Positions 41,612-52,889 are shown, counted from the first letter of the stretch. The stretch is 64,000 bases of DNA from Anaerolineaceae bacterium (GCA_003569365.1 BGOS01000020.1:4050-68049); one strand, 5' to 3'. Numbers and translations are program-made. Notes: generated by a model not told the origin, from the letters alone.

Positions 41612-42940
41612 GTGCGTATGCTACAAACACTAAGCGAAGCAAGCAAGCAAATGCGGTTCAAGGCGGACTTGCCGGAAAAACTACTGGAGGTGCACCAGAA
41701 TTTTGTTGCGCCACGGGTGGACGATGTTTCCGGGGCGGTTACCGCTGCGCTTGAAGCGGGTGGTTTGTTGGCGCTGGTCCGGCCCGGCGAAACTGTCGCG
41801 GTGGGTGTTGGCTCGCGCGGCATTGCAAATATTGCCGCGATTGCCCGCGCAACAGTGGGCTGCCTCAAGGCCCACGGCGCCCAGCCTTTTATTGTTGCTG
41901 TGATGGGCAGCCATGGCGGCGCCACCAGTGCCGGCCAAACCGAGTTGTTGGAATCAATGGGGGTAACCGAAGCCACGATGGGCTGCGAGCTGCGCGTGAC
42001 AATGGAAGTGCAGGCGGTGGGCCGCATCCCGGACGGCCCTGAGCTGCACCAGGACATTCGCAGCGCCGCCGCCAACCACACAATTCTGCTTAGCCGAATC
42101 AAGCCGCACACAGACTTTCATGGCAAGCTGGAAAGCGGGCCGGCGAAGATGGAAGTGATTGGGCTTGGCAAGCAGTGCGGGGCGGAGATGATGCACGCGT
42201 ATGGCACGAGTGGCTTCCAGCGCTTTTTGGCGCCAGCTGCCCGCGTGTATGCCGCAAACACAAACGTGCGCGGCGCCATCGCCATCATTGAGAATGCGCG
42301 CGAGGAAACAGCCGAGATCAGTTGGCTGGCCGCAAAAGATATTGGCACCGAAGCCGAAGAGTTGCTGCTGCGCAAAGCCAAATCCCTGATGCCGAGCCTG
42401 CCGTTTGCTGCCATGGATGTGCTGGTAATGCGCGAACTGGGCAAGAACATCAGTGGCACAGGCATGGACACAAATGTGATTGGCCGCCTACTGGTGAACC
42501 GCCAGCCCGAGCCGGATGACCGGCTGGATATTGGCGCTATCGTTGTTCTGGATTTGACAGAGGCAACCCACGGCAATGCCTCGGGCATTGGCCTGGCTGA
42601 TGTGACTACACTGCGCGCCGTAAACAAGATTGACTTTGTTGCAACCTATACCAACGCGGTGACGGCCACCACCTTTGGCCTCAAGCGCAGCACCATCCCG
42701 ATCACCATGGCGGACGACCAGCGCGCGCTGGAAGTGGCGGTGCGCACCTGCGGCGCTGCGCCGGGCAGTGCGGTGTCCTTCGTTTTTGCGCGCAATACGC
42801 TCACGGCGGAGAAGTTGTGGGTAAGCCAGGCGCTGCGCGCCCAAGTGGAAGCGCACCCGCGCTTGACGATTGTGGGTGAGGTGCCGCTGAGTTTTGACCG
42901 AAACGGCAGCATGACCTCGCCGTGGCTGATGGAAGGTTAG
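41612..42940 (+). CDS. Lactate racemase (LarA)-like / DUF2088-type domain protein
   Basis: VGSRGIANI, MGSHGGAT, RIKPHTDF, GLGKQ, GKNISGTGMDTNV. Exact start uncertain (41612, 41618 or 41651). Confidence 0.8.
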   Translation: MRMLQTLSEASKQMRFKADLPEKLLEVHQNFVAPRVDDVSGAVTAALEAGGLLALVRPGETVAVGVGSRGIANIAAIARATVGCLKAHGAQPFIVAVMGSHGGATSAGQTELLESMGVTEATMGCELRVTMEVQAVGRIPDGPELHQDIRSAAANHTILLSRIKPHTDFHGKLESGPAKMEVIGLGKQCGAEMMHAYGTSGFQRFLAPAARVYAANTNVRGAIAIIENAREETAEISWLAAKDIGTEAEELLLRKAKSLMPSLPFAAMDVLVMRELGKNISGTGMDTNVIGRLLVNRQPEPDDRLDIGAIVVLDLTEATHGNASGIGLADVTTLRAVNKIDFVATYTNAVTATTFGLKRSTIPITMADDQRALEVAVRTCGAAPGSAVSFVFARNTLTAEKLWVSQALRAQVEAHPRLTIVGEVPLSFDRNGSMTSPWLMEG

Positions 42941-43019
42941 TGCGCAACACTGATATCGACAAACAAGCCGTTTTTGGAGAAGTGAGGGGAGCCAAGATAA
43001 CACTTGCTTCGGCATAGGA

Positions 43020-44681
43020 GTGGAAAAACATAAGTGGGTAGGCGCTGCAGGTGCGACAATAGCCGTAGGTATGCATAAGCCACACACACAGCAGCTTTTT
43101 GCGCTTCGGGCAAAGAATCTCCGCCTTGATCTGGCTGCGGTCGGTGCTGTGACACTATTGTTCTGGCTGGCAACTACACCGGGCAGTGCCTATTTCATAC
43201 AGGGTGACACGCCTGCACAGGATTACGTTGCACTCGCATGGTCGCAGGGGTGCTGGGAACATGTGACTGAGAAAATGTTGGCGGTTGTGCTGCTGACGCC
43301 GCTATTCGTGTTCTTCGGACCGTCGCCAAATTGGGAAACCGCTCTGTTGGCTGGGGCATCTGTGGTCAGTGTTGTAACCACCTATGAACTGTCTAGATTG
43401 CTGACGAAATCCCGGTGTGGCGGAATGTTTGCGGTGTTGTTTCTAACGGCACTACCGGCATTTCAGTTCTTCAGCCACACCTATTTTGGCTATCAAGTGC
43501 CCTGCTTGCTGCTTGCGTGGCTTGCAGTGCAGCGTAAACAGTGGGGATGGGCTGGCTTCTGGTTTGGTTTGTCTTTTGTCGCCCACTTTAATGCTCTTGT
43601 GCCCATCGTATTCTCGGTTTGCAGCTTGTTTGTGACTCACATCAGATATCTGCCATGGCGCAGTAAGCTCCAGTTAGTCTTTGGTGGCCTCGCACCATTG
43701 GTTTGTGTGGAGGGACTGTTCTTTATTTATACAGGCGACCCATTAATTTGGTCACGCGGAATACTTGCTGTTATATCAAAGTTCTCGGGAGCGACTGTAG
43801 CGGGTCTTGCTGCGGTTGCGCACCCCAATTGGTGGTGGCTGATGGAAACGGTCGTAAGCAATAACGGTGCTTCAAACAGCGCCGTATTGGCACTTGGTAC
43901 GCTTGTACCTTTTGTGTTTCGGGGCAACAAGACGGGCATGGCACTTGGCCTTTCATTTTTAGGAGCCGCCTTGTTTTATTCCCTTCAAGCTGGAGTTGGT
44001 CGGTCGTTGATGTTGGCGCGCTCACTGGCTGTCTTGTACCCGTTCTGGGTTGTCTGTGCTAGCGCGGTGTTGTTATGTGTAACAAAACTCCTGTCGGCCT
44101 CACAGAGAATTCGCGAGCTTGGCGCGGGTGCAATATTACTCGGTCTTTTTGGCGCGACTGTACAGACAGGATTGTTTTTGCGAGATTTCAGTGCGACTCT
44201 ACAACCGCAAGTTGCAGAATGGTTCATGGCTGCCGCGGCTGAACATCGGCCGATCAAGTATTCGGGGTCTACCTGGTCCGCAATGTATCTGGCGCAGGCT
44301 TACGGTGTGGAATTACTGGTAGGCGACGCGCGCTGGATAGAAGCAAACGATCCGGGTCAGGCGGTCCTGATATTTGAAGGTCAGGCGCCCGCAGGCCTAG
44401 TGCCCGACGGCTACAAGATCGAGGCTTTGTTAACCAAGCCCACGGCAGACGCAATGTATCCGGCTTTGACTATGCAGGCTGGGATTTTCCGCCGAGTGGA
44501 ACTGTGGCGGCCAACTAGGCCGTCACAGCCAATTAAGCCGACAAGCTCCACAAATCTGGGCAACGCCTCTTATTATTATGCCGGAGCAGGGTGCTACACA
44601 CCACCACGCTTCATGCACGGCGCAATGCATTTCTATGAATTACTGTGGTACAAATTTGTTAATCTACTGAAGTTTAGATGA
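43020..44681 (+). CDS. Polytopic membrane protein, GT-C (ArnT/PMT-like) glycosyltransferase candidate
   Basis: About 11 TM helices and a soluble C-terminal domain; overlaps the start of a GT2 gene; visibly lower GC. Confidence 0.65.
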   Translation: MEKHKWVGAAGATIAVGMHKPHTQQLFALRAKNLRLDLAAVGAVTLLFWLATTPGSAYFIQGDTPAQDYVALAWSQGCWEHVTEKMLAVVLLTPLFVFFGPSPNWETALLAGASVVSVVTTYELSRLLTKSRCGGMFAVLFLTALPAFQFFSHTYFGYQVPCLLLAWLAVQRKQWGWAGFWFGLSFVAHFNALVPIVFSVCSLFVTHIRYLPWRSKLQLVFGGLAPLVCVEGLFFIYTGDPLIWSRGILAVISKFSGATVAGLAAVAHPNWWWLMETVVSNNGASNSAVLALGTLVPFVFRGNKTGMALGLSFLGAALFYSLQAGVGRSLMLARSLAVLYPFWVVCASAVLLCVTKLLSASQRIRELGAGAILLGLFGATVQTGLFLRDFSATLQPQVAEWFMAAAAEHRPIKYSGSTWSAMYLAQAYGVELLVGDARWIEANDPGQAVLIFEGQAPAGLVPDGYKIEALLTKPTADAMYPALTMQAGIFRRVELWRPTRPSQPIKPTSSTNLGNASYYYAGAGCYTPPRFMHGAMHFYELLWYKFVNLLKFR

Positions 44682-45454
44682 CAGACAGCATTCCAATCAT
44701 CTTAATTCTCCCGGCTTTTAACGAGGGGGTGGCTCTCGGGCCACTACTCTCTACGACGGCTATCACACGGGCCACACACCTGCAAAACCTGACCGTGATT
44801 GTAGTAAACGACGGTAGCACTGATGATACGGCGTTGGTTGTCAATGCTGCGCGTTTACAAAATGGCAACGACAGCTGGTTAACCCTGGTGTCACATCCGG
44901 TTAATATGGGGCTTGCACAAGCCATGCGCACAGGTATTGCTCAGGCTCTTCAGGTGGCACCAACCGACGGCCTGATAGCCAGCATGGATGCTGACAATTC
45001 ACATCAGCCATCTGAAATGGTTAAGATGGTGGACAGAATACGTGCAGGCGCAGATGTCGTGATAGGATCCCGATTTCAGGCTGGCGCAGAAATGCGGGGT
45101 ATTCCGAGACATCGACAGCTGTTCAGTGTCGGCGTCAGCATTCTCTTCCGAATGTTCTGTCCTATAGTGGGCGTCCGTGATTTTTCATGCGGCTACCGCA
45201 TTTACCGTGCTAGTGCGTTGCGGCGGGCAACTGCAGTGTTCGGGGAGAAACTGATTACAGAGCAGGGTTTTGCCTGTATGACCGAAGTTCTACTTAAGAT
45301 GTCCCAGCTACCCGGCCTTAGGTTTGTAGAAACTCCGATCTGTCTACGTTACGACCGGAAACCAGGACCGACCAAGATGAAGGTATGGCAAAATGTGAAG
45401 GACATGATTGCACTTATGTGGCGGTTGCGTGCCGGCAGTATGGCAGCAAGGTAG
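44678..45454 (+). CDS. GT2 polyprenol-phosphate glycosyltransferase (DPM1-like)
   Basis: PAFNE, VNDGSTDDT, MDADNSH, GSRF, DFSCGYR. Confidence 0.9.
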   Translation: MTDSIPIILILPAFNEGVALGPLLSTTAITRATHLQNLTVIVVNDGSTDDTALVVNAARLQNGNDSWLTLVSHPVNMGLAQAMRTGIAQALQVAPTDGLIASMDADNSHQPSEMVKMVDRIRAGADVVIGSRFQAGAEMRGIPRHRQLFSVGVSILFRMFCPIVGVRDFSCGYRIYRASALRRATAVFGEKLITEQGFACMTEVLLKMSQLPGLRFVETPICLRYDRKPGPTKMKVWQNVKDMIALMWRLRAGSMAAR

Positions 45455-45479
45455 GCGAACAACACTCGCCACCTCGCAT

Positions 45480-46769
45480 TTATTGAGGTGCGGTTGGCAC
45501 CTCCGTCTGCCCACCCTCCCGGTAAGCCTCGTCCAATATTTGCATGGTGTGGCGCACTGCCGGAACAGAACCGGATGCACCCAGGCTGCGCTCAATTTGC
45601 ACCATACAACCGATGTTGCCCATCGCCACAATTTGCGCAGCGCTGGCACGCACATGGCCGGCTTTGCGCGCCCCCAGCTGTTGTGCAAGGTGCGGTTGCT
45701 CGATATTGTAGGTACCAGCCGATCCACAGCACAACTCGCCCTCCGGTAAATCCAGCAGTGTAAGGCCGGGAATTTGGCGCAATAAATTGCGCGGGGCAGC
45801 GCGCACACCCTGCGCGTGCGAAAGATGGCAGGCATCGTGATAGGCAACGCGCCGGGTTTGCGCCTGTGCGGGCAGCGGCACCAGCCCCAAGCGGTCCAAA
45901 AATACAGTCACGTCGCAGGTGCGCGTGGCAAATGCCTGAGCTTCTGCGTGCTGCGCGGTTCCCGCAAACAGCAGCGGGTAATCATGGATGCCGCTGCCGC
46001 AGCCGGCGGCGGTGGTTAGGATGGCATCCACATCCGCGGGGAACGCTGCCAGATTGTTGCGCGCATACTGGCGCGCCTGTGGTGCGGCACCGGTATGAAT
46101 GGCGAGCGCACCGCAGCAGCCTTGCGCCTGCGGCACCAGTACTTCCACGCCGTTGCGGGTTAGCACGCGCACTGTGGCAGCGTTTATTTCCGGCGCCAGC
46201 ACTTGCTGTGCGCATCCGGCCAGCAGCGCCACGCGCGCCCGGCGCGTGCCCAGCGCCGGGGACACGGCCGGCAAATGGACGGCAGCCGGCAGGCGGGCGG
46301 GCAGCAGTTCCAACATGGCGCGCAGGCTGCGCGGCAGTGCCGGCGCAAACGGCTGCGCAAAGCGCCCGGCAAGCGCAGCCATCCGGAATAATTTCGGCCG
46401 GGGCAGCACTGCGTGCGAGAGGGCGCGCGCAATGGTGTCGAACAGGCTGCGCCGGGCGGCTGGCGCGGTGCGGGCGCGGTAGCCGGAAAGCAGCTCGCCG
46501 TACTTAACGCCCGACGGGCAGGCGGTGACGCAGCCGAGACAGCCGAGGCAGCGGTCAATGTGCGGCTGCGCGCTTGCTGCGGGCAGGCTGCCCTCCAACA
46601 CGGCTTTCATGAGCACGATGCGCCCGCGCGGCGAATCGGCTTCGTCGCCCAGCAACTGGTAGGTGGGACAGGCGGGCAGGCAAAAGCCACAATGCACGCA
46701 CGCACTAATTGCTTCGGCCATGGCTGGCGCCTGTGCGCCAAGTTGTTCAACGGGAATGTTGTGCTGCAT
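45480..46769 (-). CDS. glcF: Glycolate oxidase Fe-S subunit
   Basis: CVHCGFCLPACPTY, SPRGRI, CLGCLGCVTACPSGV, two CCG domains. Confidence 0.93.
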   Translation of the reverse strand: MQHNIPVEQLGAQAPAMAEAISACVHCGFCLPACPTYQLLGDEADSPRGRIVLMKAVLEGSLPAASAQPHIDRCLGCLGCVTACPSGVKYGELLSGYRARTAPAARRSLFDTIARALSHAVLPRPKLFRMAALAGRFAQPFAPALPRSLRAMLELLPARLPAAVHLPAVSPALGTRRARVALLAGCAQQVLAPEINAATVRVLTRNGVEVLVPQAQGCCGALAIHTGAAPQARQYARNNLAAFPADVDAILTTAAGCGSGIHDYPLLFAGTAQHAEAQAFATRTCDVTVFLDRLGLVPLPAQAQTRRVAYHDACHLSHAQGVRAAPRNLLRQIPGLTLLDLPEGELCCGSAGTYNIEQPHLAQQLGARKAGHVRASAAQIVAMGNIGCMVQIERSLGASGSVPAVRHTMQILDEAYREGGQTEVPTAPQ

Positions 46770-46789
46770 GTACGGCTGCCTCTGGCGCG

Positions 46790-47881
46790 CTAATCGAAGC
46801 GCATGAACCTCGCGTTTGGATCAAGCGCGTGCTGTGCGCGCTGCAGCAGCGCTGTGCCCGGCTGCGGCCCGTGCAGCGCCGGCTGGCCTGCGGTAAACGT
46901 TCCACCGAACAGCAGCGCAGAAAGTTGATGCGCCCGCAGCAGTTCGTCCAGCGCGGGCAGCGCCTGCGCTGGCCAGGCCAGCCAGCACACCTGCCCGCCG
47001 GCGGAGTAGCGGCTGCTGGCTGCGCCCGGCAGTGCAGCCGCAAACGCAGCAATGCGCACCGGCGTGAGCGGCACTTTGAGCAGCGCGCTGCCCGCCGGCG
47101 CCCACGCAAACTCGCGCGCAGCGTCCCACACTGCTTGTTCCTCTGCGCCTTCCAGCAGCGTGCCGCCCCCCAGTGCCTGCTGCAAACGCGCAGCGCGCCC
47201 GGGCAGCGCTGCCGGCAATCCGGCCAGGCGCGCCCACAATGTTGCGGGCGGCTGCAGATCAAGCGCGTCCAGGTCCATTGGCATCGTGGCTGCTTGCAGC
47301 AGTGCAGCCACAGCCGCAGCCAGATCCGGATACGTGAAGCGCAGCGAGCAGTGGGCTGCCGGCGCCGGAAACACTTTGAAGGTGAGTTCGGTCAGCACTG
47401 CCAGCCTGCCGAGGCTGCCCACCAGCAGTTTCGGCAAATCGAAACCGGCGGCGTTCTTAACCACCCGGCCGCCGGCACGCGCGAGTTCGCCAGCGCCGCT
47501 TACAAACTGCACCCCCAAAATAAAGTCGCGCAAGCCGCCAAAGCGCCAGCGGCCGGGCCCGTTCAAGCCGCTCGCCAGCGCGCCGCCCAGCGTTGCGCCG
47601 CGCGCAGCAAAAGGCGGATCAAACGGCAAATACTGGTTGTGTCGCGCAAGCAAAGCCTGCACTTCCGCCACGGGCGTGCCGGCCAGTGCCGTGAAGGTGT
47701 ACTCGTCGGGCGTATATTCAAGCACGCCTGTGAGAGCCGAGAGATCCAGCGCCGCCACCCCGGTTGGCGGTGTGCTGAGTGCGGGCTTGCTGCCTCCGGC
47801 GCGCGGCAGCAGCCGGGGCAGCTGCAGTACGGCCTCTGCTACTTGTGCGGGCGTTGCAGGTCGGGTTAGTGGCGGTGGCAT
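46790..47881 (-). CDS. glcE: Glycolate oxidase FAD-binding subunit
   Basis: GGSK, FDPP, ATLGG, GGRVVKNAAGFDLPKLLVGSLG, LDP; adjacent to glcF. Start chosen at MPPP. Confidence 0.88.
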   Translation of the reverse strand: MPPPLTRPATPAQVAEAVLQLPRLLPRAGGSKPALSTPPTGVAALDLSALTGVLEYTPDEYTFTALAGTPVAEVQALLARHNQYLPFDPPFAARGATLGGALASGLNGPGRWRFGGLRDFILGVQFVSGAGELARAGGRVVKNAAGFDLPKLLVGSLGRLAVLTELTFKVFPAPAAHCSLRFTYPDLAAAVAALLQAATMPMDLDALDLQPPATLWARLAGLPAALPGRAARLQQALGGGTLLEGAEEQAVWDAAREFAWAPAGSALLKVPLTPVRIAAFAAALPGAASSRYSAGGQVCWLAWPAQALPALDELLRAHQLSALLFGGTFTAGQPALHGPQPGTALLQRAQHALDPNARFMRFD

Positions 47882-48063
47882 GGGCGTGGCATATGCAGGC
47901 AGTGGTTCAAACAGAGGCACGCGACCAGCATGCTGTTCGGCAGGATAGCACATGGCAAGCGGGCCAGGCGGGGAGCGTTGGGGCTGCGTTGCAGCGTGCG
48001 CTGCAGACTAAGACACCAGCCAAACCCGCCGGCATATACTCAACCAGGAGCGCACTGTAACCG

Positions 48064-48993
48064 ATGCAAATCTCCAACAACCGCACACGCAGCGTTCTGA
48101 TTGCGCTGGCGGGTACTACTGCCTGGGCCACCACCGGAATTTTCTTCAGCGTGCTGCTCAACCGCTATCAGCTGGCGCCGCTGGCGCTGGCATTTTGGCG
48201 CGACCTCTTTATTGCAGTGGTGGCGCTGGCCGGGCTGCGTGTGGTGCGCCCGGCTGCACTGCGCATCAGCCGCAAAGACCTGCCATTTTTTCTGGGTTAC
48301 GGATTTGTGGGGCTGTCAACCTTTAACGCGATGTGGATCTACAGCGTCAAATTTAATGGCGCAGCGGTGGCTACCGTGCTGGCCTACAGCTCGCCGGCGT
48401 TTACAGTATTGCTGGCGCGTGCGGTACTGGGCGAGGCGCTTACGGCCCGCAAGCTTGTGGCGGCGTTCGTCTGTTTGCTGGGCTGCGCATTTGTGGCGCG
48501 CGCAGAGAGCCCTGCCACTTGGCAGGTGAACCCGCTTGGCATTTTGGTTGGGCTTGGCACGGGCGTGGCTTTTGCCTGCTACAGCCTGGCCGGCCGGTGG
48601 AGCGCCGGGCGCTTCGCCAGCTCATGGACCGTGACGGCGTATGGGTTTCTGTTTGCGGCGGGCGGCCTGGCACTTGTGCAGCGGCCGGCCACACTGTTCT
48701 CCTTGGGCACGGAGTGGAGCGGCTGGGCTCTGCTGCTTTTCCTTGCGGTTGGCCCATCGCTTGTGGGCTATGCGCTGTACACGCACAGCCTGCGCGACCT
48801 GCCCGCCAGCACAGCCGGGCTGATTGCCGCGCTGGAACCGGCCCTGGCAGCCTTGATGGCTGTTGTTTTTTTAGGCGAGCAGTTGGTGTTAAGCCAGTGG
48901 CTTGGCGTCGCACTCATTTTGGGCGCGGTGGTGCTGGTGCAATTTGAGCCGGACCCGGCGGTGCCGGTTGCAGTGCAGGAACCGGCAGCGTAG
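48064..48993 (+). CDS. DMT/EamA family transporter
   Basis: Ten TM helices; LAYSSPAF and LEPALAAL. Confidence 0.9.
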   Translation: MQISNNRTRSVLIALAGTTAWATTGIFFSVLLNRYQLAPLALAFWRDLFIAVVALAGLRVVRPAALRISRKDLPFFLGYGFVGLSTFNAMWIYSVKFNGAAVATVLAYSSPAFTVLLARAVLGEALTARKLVAAFVCLLGCAFVARAESPATWQVNPLGILVGLGTGVAFACYSLAGRWSAGRFASSWTVTAYGFLFAAGGLALVQRPATLFSLGTEWSGWALLLFLAVGPSLVGYALYTHSLRDLPASTAGLIAALEPALAALMAVVFLGEQLVLSQWLGVALILGAVVLVQFEPDPAVPVAVQEPAA

Positions 48994-49172
48994 CCCGCGG
49001 CTTTGGCAGCCGCTTGCAGGCGAGCGGCGCAGCCCTTGGTGGCAGCTGCCGGGCAGCAAGCCAGCTGATTCACAAAAAGCTGGCGGGGTAAACTTTACAG
49101 AGATCTTCGGTGGTTGATGGGGCGCTGCGCCACGCGCATTTCACCCCAAGCCACTTGCGCAGAAAAATCAAC

Positions 49173-50213
49173 ATGAAAACTATGAAAGCCCTGGTTAAGA
49201 AATCTGCTGCGCCGGGATTATGGCTGGAGGATGTGCCGGTGCCAACTTGTGGCGACACTGAAGTGCTGATCAAGGTGTTGCGCACGGGCATCTGCGGCAC
49301 AGACCTGCACATTTTTAACTGGGACGCGTGGGCACAGAAGACCATACCTGTGCCGATGGTTGTTGGCCACGAATTTGTGGGGGAGATTGTTGCGGTTGGA
49401 GCGCAGGTGAAAGAATTCCACGCGGGCGAGATTGTGAGTGGCGAGGGCCACGTGGTGTGCGGGCGCTGCCGCAACTGCCTGGCTGGGCGGCGCCACCTGT
49501 GCAAGGCCACGCAGGGCATTGGCGTGAACCGCCCCGGCGCATTTGCCGAGTTCATTGTGTTGCCGGACACAAATGTCTGGGCGCACGCTGCCAGCATTGC
49601 GCGCGACGTGCAGGCAATCTTCGATCCGTTTGGCAATGCAGTGCACACTGCGCTGCAGTTTGACATGCTGGGCGAGGATGTGCTGATCACGGGCGCCGGC
49701 CCGATTGGAATTATGGCTGCTGCGGTGGCGCGCCATGCCGGCGCGCGCTATGTGGTGATCACAGATGTGAACCCGTACCGGCTGGAATTGGCGCGCCAAA
49801 TGCGCGTCACATTGGCGGTGGATGTGCGCACAACCAGTTTGGCCGCAGTGCAGCAGCAGCTGGGCATGCGCGAGGGCTTCGACGTTGGCTTGGAGATGAG
49901 CGGCAACGCGGCCGCATTCCGCGACATGCTGGCCAATATGTGCCACGGCGGCAAGGTGGCAATGCTGGGCATTCCGGGCGCAGAGATGGCGATCGATTGG
50001 AACACGGTGATCTTCAACATGCTCACCATCCGCGGCATCTACGGCCGCGAGATGTACGAGACCTGGTACAAGATGACGGTGCTGCTGCAGGGCGGCCTCG
50101 ATATCGATCCAGTGATCACACACCGGTTGCATTACACTGAATTTCAAAAAGGGTTTGACGCCATGGCGTCCGGCCAGGCGGGAAAGGTGGTGCTCACCTG
50201 GAGCGCGGGGTAA
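49173..50213 (+). CDS. tdh: L-threonine 3-dehydrogenase
   Basis: [34 protein letters not shown]; next to kbl. Confidence 0.97.
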   Translation: MKTMKALVKKSAAPGLWLEDVPVPTCGDTEVLIKVLRTGICGTDLHIFNWDAWAQKTIPVPMVVGHEFVGEIVAVGAQVKEFHAGEIVSGEGHVVCGRCRNCLAGRRHLCKATQGIGVNRPGAFAEFIVLPDTNVWAHAASIARDVQAIFDPFGNAVHTALQFDMLGEDVLITGAGPIGIMAAAVARHAGARYVVITDVNPYRLELARQMRVTLAVDVRTTSLAAVQQQLGMREGFDVGLEMSGNAAAFRDMLANMCHGGKVAMLGIPGAEMAIDWNTVIFNMLTIRGIYGREMYETWYKMTVLLQGGLDIDPVITHRLHYTEFQKGFDAMASGQAGKVVLTWSAG

Positions 50214-50218
50214 CAGCG

Positions 50219-51406
50219 ATGATCACAGACAGTTTGCGGCAGCAGTTGGGCGGCGTGCTGGAAGAAATGCGCGCTGGCGGCTTGTACAAAGAAGAGCGCA
50301 TCATCAGTTCGCCGCAGCGCACGCATATCAGCATCACAGGCCGACCGGATGTGCTCAACCTCTGCGCTAACAATTATCTTGGGCTGGCATCGCACCCGGA
50401 GGTTGTGCAGGCGGCGCATGCTGCGCTTGAGCAGTGGGGGTACGGGCTGGCGAGCGTGCGCTTTATTTGCGGCACCCAAACTTTGCACAAGGATCTGGAG
50501 CGCCAGCTGAGTGCGTTTCTGGGCACGGACGACACAATTCTGTACTCCTCGTGCTGGGATGCAAACGGCGGACTGTTTGAGACACTGCTGGGCGCGGAGG
50601 ATGCCGTCATCTCTGACGAGTTGAATCATGCATCGATTATTGACGGGGTGCGTTTGTGCAAAGCGCAGCGCCTGCGCTACCGCAACAACGACATGGCAGA
50701 CCTGGAGCAGCAGCTGGTTGCAGCGCATGGCGCGCGCCACCGCCTGATAGCAACCGATGGCGTGTTTTCCATGGATGGTTCGGTTGCCAACCTGCCGGCA
50801 ATCTGTGATCTGGCAGAGCGCCACAACGCCTTGGTGATGGTGGATGACTCGCATGCGGTGGGCGTGCTGGGCGCGCACGGCCGCGGTACGCCGGAGCAGC
50901 AGGGCGTGCTGGGGCGCGTGGATGTGATTACAGGCACGCTGGGCAAGGCGCTGGGCGGCGGTAGTGGCGGCTACGCCAGTGCCAGTGCGGAAATAGTGGC
51001 CCTGCTGCGCCAGCGCTCGCGCCCGTATTTGTTTTCCAATTCTGTGCTGCCGCCGGTGGTGGGCGCTGCGCTCAAATCACTGGAGATCCTCGGCCGCTCC
51101 ACAGAATTGCGCGACCGGCTTGAGCAAAACACAAAATACTTTCGCGCAGCGATGACTAACGCCGGCTTCAACATTGTGCCCGGCATTCACCCCATTACCC
51201 CCATCATGCTTGGCGATGCCAAACTGGCAACCCGGATGGCAGCCATGCTGCTGGAGCATGGCGTGTATGTGGTTGGCTTTGCCTATCCGGTGGTGCCGCA
51301 GGGCAAGGCACGCATCCGCGTGCAAGTTTCGGCGGCACACTCACACGCGGATTTGGAGCGGGCGGTCAGCGCCTTTAGTGCCGTAAAGCAAACGCTCGGA
51401 ATATAG
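50219..51406 (+). CDS. kbl: Glycine C-acetyltransferase (2-amino-3-ketobutyrate CoA ligase)
   Basis: [43 protein letters not shown]. Confidence 0.97.
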   Translation: MITDSLRQQLGGVLEEMRAGGLYKEERIISSPQRTHISITGRPDVLNLCANNYLGLASHPEVVQAAHAALEQWGYGLASVRFICGTQTLHKDLERQLSAFLGTDDTILYSSCWDANGGLFETLLGAEDAVISDELNHASIIDGVRLCKAQRLRYRNNDMADLEQQLVAAHGARHRLIATDGVFSMDGSVANLPAICDLAERHNALVMVDDSHAVGVLGAHGRGTPEQQGVLGRVDVITGTLGKALGGGSGGYASASAEIVALLRQRSRPYLFSNSVLPPVVGAALKSLEILGRSTELRDRLEQNTKYFRAAMTNAGFNIVPGIHPITPIMLGDAKLATRMAAMLLEHGVYVVGFAYPVVPQGKARIRVQVSAAHSHADLERAVSAFSAVKQTLGI

Positions 51407-51416
51407 GAGAGCTTGG

Positions 51417-52514
51417 ATGCAGGCAACAACACGCGCAGTCCCCGTTTTCGACGGGCACAACGACACACTGCTGGATCTGGCTGGTTCCGCGCGGTCGTTT
51501 TTTGAGCGGTCAGAAACCGGGCACATTGATCTGCCGCGTGCGCGCGCGGGCAATCTGGCGGGCGGATTTTTTGCGGTCTTTGTGCCTGATCCCGCGCCGG
51601 AAGCAGCCGCTGGCGGGCTGGCTGCCGACAGCGGGCTTGCCAGCTCGATTGCAGCGGGCGGCAGCATCTATGCTGCGACAGCCACCATGCCGGCACCCAT
51701 GGCCCTCGAGTACGCGCAGCAACAATCGCTGGCAACGATTGCGAGTTTTCTGCGGCTGGAACAAACCTCCGGCGGCCAGATGCGGGTGTGCCGCACGGCG
51801 GCGGAAATTCAGGCGTGCATTGAGGCCGGCGTGTTCGCAATGGAGCTGCACATGGAGGGCGCCGAGGCAATTGACCCCGGCCTCGACATGCTTGATGTTT
51901 TGCACGCAGCTGGTTTGCGCTCGCTTGGCATCTGCTGGTCGCGCCCCAACCGCTTTGGCCATGGCGTTCCATTTGCATTCCCCAGCACCGGCGACACCGG
52001 ACCCGGGCTCAGCGAGCTTGGTATTGCGCTGGTGCAGCGCTGCAACCAGCTGCGCGTAATGATAGACCTCTCGCACCTCAACGCGGCCGGTTTCTGGGAT
52101 GTGGCCAAGCATTCCCGCGCCCCGCTGGTGGCCACGCACTCCAATGTGCATGCCATCTGCGCATCGGCACGCAACTTGAGTGAACGGCAGCTGGATGCCA
52201 TCCGTGATTCTGACGGCCTGGTTGGCTTGAACTTTCATGTTGGCTTTTTGCGGCCGGATGGCGGCCGCGACCCTGACATCGCACTCGACATCATGATCGA
52301 TCATTTGGATGCGCTGCTGCAGCGCCTTGGGCCCACCCGCGTTGCGCTGGGCTCAGACTTTGACGGCGCCACGATGCCGGCTGCAATCCGCGATGCAGCC
52401 GGCTTGCCAGCGCTGCTGGCAGCCATGCGCACCCGCGGTTATGGCGAAGACATCATTGAGCAGATCGCCTGGCGAAATTGGATTCGCGTTTTGCGCCAAA
52501 CCTGGGGGGAGTGA
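51417..52514 (+). CDS. Membrane dipeptidase (peptidase M19)
   Basis: DGHND, HMEGAE, DLSH, THSN, RNL, GSDFDG. Confidence 0.93.
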   Translation: MQATTRAVPVFDGHNDTLLDLAGSARSFFERSETGHIDLPRARAGNLAGGFFAVFVPDPAPEAAAGGLAADSGLASSIAAGGSIYAATATMPAPMALEYAQQQSLATIASFLRLEQTSGGQMRVCRTAAEIQACIEAGVFAMELHMEGAEAIDPGLDMLDVLHAAGLRSLGICWSRPNRFGHGVPFAFPSTGDTGPGLSELGIALVQRCNQLRVMIDLSHLNAAGFWDVAKHSRAPLVATHSNVHAICASARNLSERQLDAIRDSDGLVGLNFHVGFLRPDGGRDPDIALDIMIDHLDALLQRLGPTRVALGSDFDGATMPAAIRDAAGLPALLAAMRTRGYGEDIIEQIAWRNWIRVLRQTWGE

Positions 52515-52889
52515 AGCCAACCAGGCGCGCAGCTTACTGCCCGCGAAAATACGGTGCTGGCGGCCCAACGGTTTGGCCTGTGACGGCAGAGTGCCGGTGT
52601 TGTTGCACAAAACCAAACCGGCAAGTGTGGTGCGGTGCAGGCGGCCGGATTGGCGTGCACTCAGGGCTTTCACCGAGTGTCTGCTTCTACAACAACTTCG
52701 AAGTGAGCCTGCTTTCAGCTCAACTGTGATCGCATCAGTATTGCCACAGCTTTTTGTGGCTCACCACAAATCATTTTGACTTCGTAATATTTCGGCCTTA
52801 GCGGGGTAATTCCACACGCTCTGGAAGTTTGGGGGCGGCCGCCGGGCAGTGCTTGGCGCCCAAATTTTGCAGGCGATAATCCACCGCGC

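Noticed and set aside
52515-52889. Small Cys-rich ORF (52478..52729) or ncRNA in this spacer
   Set aside because: No RBS, recognisable motif or convincing structure.
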